A stretch of DNA of 64,000 nucleotides from positions 3,216 through 67,215 of the forward strand of contig JAVYST010000002.1 of the NCBI GenBank assembly GCA_038729085.1. Reading direction: 5' to 3'. Both the position numbers and the translations under genes were made by a program. Below are positions 58,133-64,000 of the stretch, in pieces. Each line of letters begins with the position of its first letter. The first letter of the stretch is position 1. A model generated the notes under the pieces. It saw nothing but the letters and a program-made list of their open reading frames with translations. It ran no database searches and was not told the DNA's origin. This DNA comes from Ferroplasma sp. (GTDB lineage: Archaea > Thermoplasmatota > Thermoplasmata > Thermoplasmatales > Thermoplasmataceae).

Positions 58133-58300
58133 ACATCCTCCCACGACTAAAGCCGTGGGCTTCCTGCTTCAGCGACCTGAGTTGCCATTGCTGGTAGAGC
58201 TCTGATCTCCACAGGCGTGAATTTGGGAGTGCCCCTCCCTATTTTTATCATGCCCAGCCTGTGGATGTTAATTGCCGCATTGAGATCTCTGTCGATCTCA
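58111..58300 (-). ncRNA. predicted TnpB-associated omega-RNA/reRNA (scaffold from tnpB 3' end plus right end, guide reading into the flank)
   Basis: Inferred from established TnpB biology only. The region contains the tnpB 3' end, the RE hairpin at 58140-58159 and about 20 nt of flank (minus-strand cttgtttactttctacagct). I saw no direct RNA evidence. Confidence 0.35.
58140..58159 (-). repeat. right-end subterminal hairpin (CCCACG-8 nt-CGTGGG)
   Basis: A 6-bp perfect stem at 58140-58145 / 58154-58159 with loop actaaagc, about 10 nt inside the element end. Confidence 0.7.
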
Positions 58301-58323
58301 AGGCCACAACCATTGCAGTGAAA
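58147..58323 (-). pseudogene. TnpB C-terminal Zn-ribbon / RuvC-III segment lying in the +1 frame relative to the main tnpB ORF
   Basis: My translation gives FHCNGCGLEIDRDLNAAINIHRLGMIKIGRGTPKFTPVEIRALPAMATQVAEAGSPRL*. CxxC plus DRDxNAAxNI is the canonical TnpB tail. It is out of frame by one nucleotide near 58321-58325. Confidence 0.8.
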
Positions 58324-59344
58324 GATACGAGGGCTTCAGATCATCCTTCAACCATCCAGATTTGCTGCATGCCTTTGATGTGTTTCGTGGATTTACCTGT
58401 ACCACCACTTTGCCGGCACTTTCAGCCTTGTATGAGGTGTATTGCACAAGCATGCCCCATGATGCATCAAATATGCTCTTTGTGAGATGATGGTTCTTAA
58501 CCATACCTTTTATGTTCAAATTCTCAAAGGCAAGGAAGCTATTGCTGCCCACAAGGGCATTCGATACCTTATGAAGGAAGTCCTCCCTCTGCCTCTTCAC
58601 CTTCCTTTGCCTTTTTGCAACCTTTACTTTTTGCCTGCCCCTGTTATTGGATCCTTTCTTTTTTCTTGATAGATGCCTCTGATCTCTATTCAATACTTTT
58701 TCTGACTTTGCGAGGAAGTAAGGCGTATCGATGAATGTACCATCACTCATTGCCGCAAGATGAATGATGCCAAGATCGATGCCAACTCCTCCCTGGTCCG
58801 GCACTTCCGCATTCTCACTGTGTGTTGCAGTGTACACAGAAAAGGAAGCAAACCAATCACCCACATGATCCCTCGATATGGTGAGAGTTTTGATCTTGCC
58901 ATCAATGCCACGGTGCATGAACATCCTTATTTTTCCGATCTTTGAAAGCTTCAGGCTTCCCTTCTCAATTATCCTGAACCCTGATTGTGGATATGTGATG
59001 GATCTGTACCTGTTCATGGGCTTGAATCTGGGAAAACCTGCCTTCTGGTGTTTTCCATGTTTTATTTCCTTTGCCTTGAAGAAATTCTCATATGCACGAT
59101 CCACCCTTCGTGCAACATCCTGCAATACCTGGGAATGGATGTTATTGTATTCTGGGAATGCTTTCTTCAGTTCTGGTATCTGATCCTGCTGATAGTTGTA
59201 GTTGATCCTCTTTTCCATCTTATGTGCAATGATCCTCTGTTCAAGGAATGCATTGTACAGTTCACGGCAGAGGTTCAACTGCCGGTCGAGCAGCCTTTTC
59301 TGCTCCGCAGATGGATACAACCGAAACTTGTACGTTCTTGTCAT
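58298..59344 (-). CDS. tnpB: TnpB (IS605 OrfB) RNA-guided nuclease homologue, 3'-frameshifted
   Basis: 348 aa. N-terminus MTRTYKFRLYPSAEQKRLLDRQLNLCRELYN, RuvC-I GVGIDLGI, and LAFENLNIKGM (RuvC-II Glu). It ends ...NTSKACSKSGWLKDDLKPSYLSLQWLWP* instead of the Zn ribbon. Confidence 0.88.
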   Translation of the reverse strand: MTRTYKFRLYPSAEQKRLLDRQLNLCRELYNAFLEQRIIAHKMEKRINYNYQQDQIPELKKAFPEYNNIHSQVLQDVARRVDRAYENFFKAKEIKHGKHQKAGFPRFKPMNRYRSITYPQSGFRIIEKGSLKLSKIGKIRMFMHRGIDGKIKTLTISRDHVGDWFASFSVYTATHSENAEVPDQGGVGIDLGIIHLAAMSDGTFIDTPYFLAKSEKVLNRDQRHLSRKKKGSNNRGRQKVKVAKRQRKVKRQREDFLHKVSNALVGSNSFLAFENLNIKGMVKNHHLTKSIFDASWGMLVQYTSYKAESAGKVVVQVNPRNTSKACSKSGWLKDDLKPSYLSLQWLWP

Positions 59345-59577
59345 ATTCCTTTTTGATCCTCCACATATCTCTTTATAGTTTCCAGCGCAATTATCTCCCA
59401 GCCATTTTCATGTGCTACTCCACGGATTATCTCCTCTAACCTGGATTCTATATCAGGGGTGATTACCTTCCTTCTATATTTTGAGCACCATACAAAATGA
59501 TAGTTCATGAAATGCACACACGCCCCAGAACTGGTATATCCCTTTAGCATGATAGTAGATACACCCATTGCATACAA
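59341..59577 (-). CDS. tnpA: IS200-type TnpA (Y1 transposase) remnant with apparent in-frame internal deletion
   Basis: 78 aa versus about 130-155 aa for the family. It retains the N-terminal YHFVWCSKYRRKV block and the C-terminal TIKRYVEDQ tail. It lacks the central (D)HVHLL HUH block and the catalytic-Tyr helix, as I recall the family. Confidence 0.65.
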   Translation of the reverse strand: MYAMGVSTIMLKGYTSSGACVHFMNYHFVWCSKYRRKVITPDIESRLEEIIRGVAHENGWEIIALETIKRYVEDQKGI

Positions 59578-59595
59578 TACTATCGATTCACTTTC

Positions 59596-59619
59596 ATCCC
59601 ACCCCTGAAGGAGTGGGAT
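59596..59619 (-). repeat. left-end subterminal hairpin (ATCCCAC-10 nt-GTGGGAT)
   Basis: A 7-bp perfect stem at 59596-59602 / 59613-59619, about 13 nt inside the element end. It shares the CCCAC/GTGGG core with the right-end hairpin. Confidence 0.7.
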
Positions 59620-59632
59620 TTCCCGCTCATAA

Positions 59633-59865
59633 TGTTAAAATTTAGAGAAATGGTAATAGAAAGAGATAGCCATTATGGAAAAATAGAGCTGCCTGGGACG
59701 CCATTTAAATTCTCGCTGACACCAGGCGAGGTGATATTAGAACCCCCAAGCCTTGGCAATGGAAATGAAGAAATTTTAATTAAGCTTGGCTATTCTGAAA
59801 ATGATATAAAAAATCTCTACGATAAAAAAATAATAACTGCTAAAGATTCTGATAAAATAATATAA
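59633..59865 (+). pseudogene. family III CoA-transferase, C-terminal 76 codons (continuation of 57155-58132)
   Basis: LKFREMVIERDSHYGKIELPGTPFKFSLTPGEVILEPPSLGNGNEEILIKLGYSENDIKNLYDKKII matches the family C-terminus (G.P.KFS.TP....P.LG....E.L..LGY). Confidence 0.8.
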
Positions 59866-59933
59866 TATAACGTTTCGTCAATATATTTGTGCCTGTTGCA
59901 TAAATTCAAATACTTATTTTCTTTTAGTGCCCA

Positions 59934-61238
59934 ATGGCTTTTTACGGGCTTAAAAAGGATGCATGGCTTCAGGTAATCTCAGCATACGCTGGATGGTTAA
60001 TGGACGGTTATACAACAATAGCATATGCTCTCGTAGCAGTAACAATTTCCACAATATTTTTCCCAAGCAACATTGGGATATATGGTTTGATAGCAACATT
60101 TGGTGGGCTTGCAGTAGAGGAAATCGCAAGGCCTTTAGGCTCATTATCACTTGGGAATTTCCTTGGCGATAAAATAGGCAGGAAAAATATGCTTACTATA
60201 ACAATAATCGGCTTTTCCATATTTGCCGCATCAAAGGGGCTACTTCCAACATATTCACAGGTTGGGCTCATAGCGCCAATACTTCTATACGTTCTACTGT
60301 TTGTGGAAGGCCTGTTTGCTGGTGCAGAGTATGGTGGTGGCACAGCCCTATCAATGGAAAGCATACCTAAGGAAAAAAGGTCGCCACTGGGTGCATTTGT
60401 CCAGAGTGGATATGGCACTGGCTTCTTCATAGTTTCATTTGTATTTGCTGCTCTGGCAAGTTATTATGGAAAGGCATATTTTGATATAATTGGATGGAGA
60501 GTGCTGTTTTATACCACAATGATTCCTGGAGTTTTAACACTGGTTATAAGATATATTACCAAGGAAACCAATGTTTTTAAAGAAATGAAATCAAAGGATG
60601 AAATAGAAAGGGAACCTGCTCTCAGCATGTTTAAAAAAGGTGGCAGGCCATTAGCAATTGCATTGGTACTGATGAGTGGCTTATTATTCATCAATTCTAT
60701 AACATTCAGCTTTTATCCTGCCCTTCTTGCTATCCTGAATGCAGGAATTTCCAATACGTTGATTGGCGATTATAATGGGTACATAAACCTTTTTTCGCTC
60801 TTTGGTGTATGGATTGGCGGCATAATTGCCCTGATATTTGTTGGAAGGAAGCGGGCAATGCTGATATATGCCATAATTTTTATTGCAATTATTTATCCAA
60901 CCGCATACTTTGCCTTCCATGGATCAGCATATACCGACCTTGTTATGTTCAGTATACAGGCCTTTTTTGAAGCAATGATATTTTCAACACTGCCTGCATT
61001 TCTTGCAGAAACATTCAGCAAAACGTTCAGGACAACAGGTGTTGGCTTTGCCTATAATGGAGGGGCCATCCTGGGAGGTTTTGCTATAAGCATACTCCTT
61101 TATACATCCACATTAACAAAAAGCCTTTACACAGCGTGGCTATTATGGTTCTTTATTGCAGGGGCCATAATGTTGGTTGGCATAATGCTATCTGCAGAAA
61201 CGTATAAGCGTGGTGGTACGGATAGCATAGAGAATTAA
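59934..61238 (+). CDS. MFS transporter (metabolite:H+ symporter-like)
   Basis: 434 aa with 12 TM segments. GWLMDGYT N-terminal motif and GDKIGRKN loop. Confidence 0.8.
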   Translation: MAFYGLKKDAWLQVISAYAGWLMDGYTTIAYALVAVTISTIFFPSNIGIYGLIATFGGLAVEEIARPLGSLSLGNFLGDKIGRKNMLTITIIGFSIFAASKGLLPTYSQVGLIAPILLYVLLFVEGLFAGAEYGGGTALSMESIPKEKRSPLGAFVQSGYGTGFFIVSFVFAALASYYGKAYFDIIGWRVLFYTTMIPGVLTLVIRYITKETNVFKEMKSKDEIEREPALSMFKKGGRPLAIALVLMSGLLFINSITFSFYPALLAILNAGISNTLIGDYNGYINLFSLFGVWIGGIIALIFVGRKRAMLIYAIIFIAIIYPTAYFAFHGSAYTDLVMFSIQAFFEAMIFSTLPAFLAETFSKTFRTTGVGFAYNGGAILGGFAISILLYTSTLTKSLYTAWLLWFFIAGAIMLVGIMLSAETYKRGGTDSIEN

Positions 61239-62601
61239 TAGGCATCATCAAAATTGAATTTTGCAGGTTTATCTGCAGGCGGTTACAGTGATACTATTAT
61301 TAAATCTTGAATTACATTGATATAAACGCCCGAATACATCAGTTATATTCTAATCTGGCGGATCTCCTGTTGCATGGAAACAGATATGTTAAAATCACTG
61401 CAGAGATTTGATCATTCAATACATGGGCTGGTATTTTCCGGCAGAAGTATTTTTGGCATGGATAATTTTAAAAGGCTTTTCATTTGCTCCATGATCAGAA
61501 GAGAGTACCGGAATGGGAGATTGCTACGTCCAAATAATACTAGGTGCAGCAATTTATGATATGGAATTACCTGGATATGAGTGGTAGTAAAAACCATATA
61601 AAATATGGAAAACGAAATACCTGCTGTGCTATTCTTGTCATATACCGGTGCTAGAATATAAAGCATCTGGCGATATAGAAAGAATTATTTCAGGCCAGTA
61701 CTATTGCCCAATTAGTAAGATGGTATAAATGTTGGAGTATACGTTATCGCTGACAGTTACGGCAATATATTTGATTTTAATGGAGAATGCCTTTATGATA
61801 AAAGTATTGATGCAATTGATAAAATTAATCTGAAGAATTACTATAATTTCATATGTGAAAATACTCATACAAATACAACTGTTGGTGTAGGTTTTACTGA
61901 TGCGAAAATCTCTCATGAAGATGCCGTGCATCTTGCAGAGGAAGCAAATTTCGGTTTTGCATCTCGCATATTCCCCTACACATTGCTATATGGATATAAT
62001 GTATTTCTGTTTCCACAGGAAAGAAAATGGCAATATGGAAATGTTATTTATGATGATGCAATGTGCAGAAAAAGCGATTGCCCTATTTTAAATATTTCAG
62101 TGCTATGCTACATTATTGTTGTTTTCATCATAACGAAATTTTATAAGTTTTAAATCTGGCATTAAATCCCTCTTTATTAATTTTGGGAGTTCAATGCCTT
62201 CATTCTGTGACTGCATGCAAAGCCTGACTGTTTCATCATGGCTTAATATTCGTGAATGGCCATTTCTGCTATAAATTATCATGTAACCAAGATCGCCACA
62301 TTCCATATTTTTCCATCCCCATTTTATGCAAGTATTTCTTATTCTTATTTAAAAGATAATTTTTTGTAGAGAGGTTGAATTATACCGTAAAGAGATTGCC
62401 ATATTTCACAGATATTCTGCTATTATTTGAATTCCAGTATATAATGAAAATACAGTTAAATCCTTTATAAATGAAGTTGACCAGCTCTGGAATAAAAGTT
62501 AATTGCCTGGAAACTATTTTTAAATCCAAATTTCTCTTCTAAAAATATTTACAATACATCTGCCGTGTTAAAATTTAATAATGCAGAATTAATACAAGCC
62601 T

Positions 62602-63588
62602 ATGATTACAGTTTACAGTCCATTGAGAATAAGCTTTGCTGGTGGTGGAACAGATATCAGCCCCTTTGTAGAAGAATGTGGCGGCGCTGTCACAAATACA
62701 ACCATTGATCGTGGAATCACAATAAGGTATATAGATGATGGTGGAACTCTGGAAGTTTCTTCCAGGGATTTTCTTAAAACATCACTCATATCATCAAAAA
62801 ATAATTCGATGGAAACTCAAATAATTGAATTGCTTACAGGCAATAATATAAGAACCGGAAGAGTTATACTCAGCGGGGACGTTCCACCCGGATCTGGACT
62901 TGGCTCAAGTTCAGCCCTGATAAATGGCTTATTAAAATTGATTTATACAGTAAATAATGTTAACAGGACCGCTTTCGAAATTGCAGAAGAATCATATTCT
63001 ATTGAAAAGAATAATTTTAATATTATCCTTGGGCGCCAGGATCCTTATGCTATAGCCATCGGTGGATTAAAATTTATGGAGTTCCATAACGGGCACCAGT
63101 CTGTTACGAAATTTTATGGCCAATCTGAATTTAAATCTAAACTGGAAAGGTCATTGCTGCTTGTATATACCGGCCACACACGTGAAAGTGCAGCGGCTTT
63201 AAAGGATCAGGTAACAAAGTCTGAAGCAGGCGATATTGAAACAATGAAAAATTTAAATTCAATAAGAGAGCTTGCCTTTGATGCACGTGACGCAATTAGA
63301 AATAGCAACATAAAGGGATTATGCAGAGTTATTAACACAGGATGGAATATTAAAAAGAGCCTGGGAAATAACATAACAAATGATAGAATTGATAATATCA
63401 TTGAAACGGCATTTTCTATGAAAGCTGATGCAGCAAGGCTGCTTGGCGGTGGTTCTGAAGGATTTATACTTTTATTGTCTGATCCTTCTAATATAAATTA
63501 TCTGGAAGAATCAATGATGTCATATTCTGATTTTGTAATACGGTTAAAATTTGACAGCAGAGGCACAAGGGTTATTCAAAACTTTTAA
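62602..63588 (+). CDS. GHMP-family sugar kinase (COG2605 / HddA-fucokinase-like)
   Basis: 328 aa. N-terminal SPLRISFAGGGTDISPF and the GHMP ATP motif PPGSGLGSSSAL. Confidence 0.7.
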   Translation: MITVYSPLRISFAGGGTDISPFVEECGGAVTNTTIDRGITIRYIDDGGTLEVSSRDFLKTSLISSKNNSMETQIIELLTGNNIRTGRVILSGDVPPGSGLGSSSALINGLLKLIYTVNNVNRTAFEIAEESYSIEKNNFNIILGRQDPYAIAIGGLKFMEFHNGHQSVTKFYGQSEFKSKLERSLLLVYTGHTRESAAALKDQVTKSEAGDIETMKNLNSIRELAFDARDAIRNSNIKGLCRVINTGWNIKKSLGNNITNDRIDNIIETAFSMKADAARLLGGGSEGFILLLSDPSNINYLEESMMSYSDFVIRLKFDSRGTRVIQNF

Positions 63589-63633
63589 AATATATATTTA
63601 TGAAGTTAAGATAAATAATTATAATAATTCACT

Positions 63634-64000
63634 TTAATTTCTCAAAAGGGATTCTTCAATCTGTGAAATTGCTTCTTTCTTATTTTTGAAGTCATGAAAA
63701 GTCATGAATTTCCCTTTTTCTAATTCCTTGTAATGCATGAAATAATGCTTGATTTTGTCCTTCAGATATTCTGGGACATCATTGATATCCTGAATTTCAG
63801 GCGAAGCTGGATCGACTTTATCAACTGGAACAGCAAGGACTTTATTGTCAGACCCTTCTTCATCGCTCATTTCAGCTATGCCTACTGCACGGCATTTCAC
63901 AATTACACCTGATGGTATAGGTGTTGATGAAATTACGAGGACATCCAGTGGATCCTCATCCTTTGCCTTTGTGTTCAAAACAAATCCATAATTTGTGGGA
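63634..64000 (-). CDS. ppa: inorganic pyrophosphatase (family I), partial; N-terminus beyond window end
   Basis: The frame stays open upstream of the track start (PTNYGFV-LNTKAKDEDPLDVLVI...). DPLDVLV, AEMSDEEGSDNKVLAVP and HYKELEKGKF are family I PPase blocks. Confidence 0.88.
   Translation of the reverse strand, partial: PTNYGFVLNTKAKDEDPLDVLVISSTPIPSGVIVKCRAVGIAEMSDEEGSDNKVLAVPVDKVDPASPEIQDINDVPEYLKDKIKHYFMHYKELEKGKFMTFHDFKNKKEAISQIEESLLRN

Larger units (their letters stand above)
58131..59632 (-). mobile_element. IS200/IS605-family insertion sequence (tnpA-tnpB), 1,502 bp, inserted in the CoA-transferase gene
   Basis: Joining 58132|59635 (or 58130|59633, since a TG is ambiguous) restores a continuous 402-codon CoA-transferase frame (...AVESKQV-LKFREMVIE...). 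There is no target duplication. Subterminal hairpins are present at both ends. tnpA and tnpB overlap by ATGA. Confidence 0.88.

Noticed and set aside
58321-58325. Programmed +1 ribosomal frameshift in tnpB
   Set aside because: I recognised no known slippery or stimulatory context. The degenerate CSKSG Cys pair and the deleted tnpA argue for decay, or for a sequencing indel. It is kept only as a minor alternative in the finding.
62602-63588. GHMP kinase as the missing mevalonate-3-phosphate 5-kinase or another mevalonate-pathway kinase
   Set aside because: The N-terminal RISFAGGGTD motif is characteristic of the COG2605/HddA-fucokinase sugar-kinase branch. I cannot link it to isoprenoid genes from sequence alone.
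1-64000. tRNA, rRNA, CRISPR arrays, cas genes and obvious defence or toxin-antitoxin systems
   Set aside because: I scanned intergenic regions by eye for T-loop-like GGTTCRAATC motifs, short direct repeats with regular spacers, and signature proteins. None were found. A tRNAscan/Infernal/CRISPR-finder run would be needed to be certain.

Overview
AT-rich archaeal chromosomal segment, about 33-36% GC in the lines I hand-counted. It is most consistent with a Thermoplasmatales acidophile of the Ferroplasma/Acidiplasma/Picrophilus type. The reasons are a clear mevalonate 3-kinase orthologue, a thermopsin-family protease, TATA boxes about 24 nt upstream of first-gene ATGs, and GGTGA/GGAG Shine-Dalgarno sites only in front of internal operon genes. 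I support about 55 protein genes and found no tRNA, rRNA or CRISPR array by eye. Housekeeping content: sufCBD with a divergent SufR-like regulator, glycyl-tRNA synthetase, inorganic pyrophosphatase (partial), signal peptidase, TldD/PmbA, HtrA, a PolX-PHP polymerase next to a 2H phosphoesterase, and NreA coupled to a SplB-like radical SAM gene that the ORF track missed at the window edge. Accessory content is dominated by transport (4 APC, 6 MFS, 1 SSS plus DUF3311 subunit) and organic-acid or aromatic catabolism. This includes a tightly overlapped HPPD / FAH-family hydrolase / homogentisate dioxygenase operon divergent from acetoacetyl-CoA synthetase, and a PdxA2-type dehydrogenase with a DUF1537 acid-sugar kinase split into two abutting ORFs. 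It also includes acyl-CoA synthetases, an enoyl-CoA hydratase, an M13 peptidase and a heme-oxygenase-like diiron protein. The most unusual locus is 56.1-59.9 kb. A 1,502-bp IS200/IS605 element is inserted scarlessly into a family III CoA-transferase gene. It has matching CCCAC/GTGGG subterminal hairpins, a TnpA with an apparent in-frame internal deletion, and a TnpB whose Zn-ribbon/RuvC-III tail sits in the +1 frame. A second, stop-riddled TnpB relic lies 1.3 kb away. Other items worth a second look are a tandem pair of uncharacterised radical SAM genes and several 0.6-1.4 kb stretches without a supportable gene. All homology statements come from my recollection of family motifs, not from searches.
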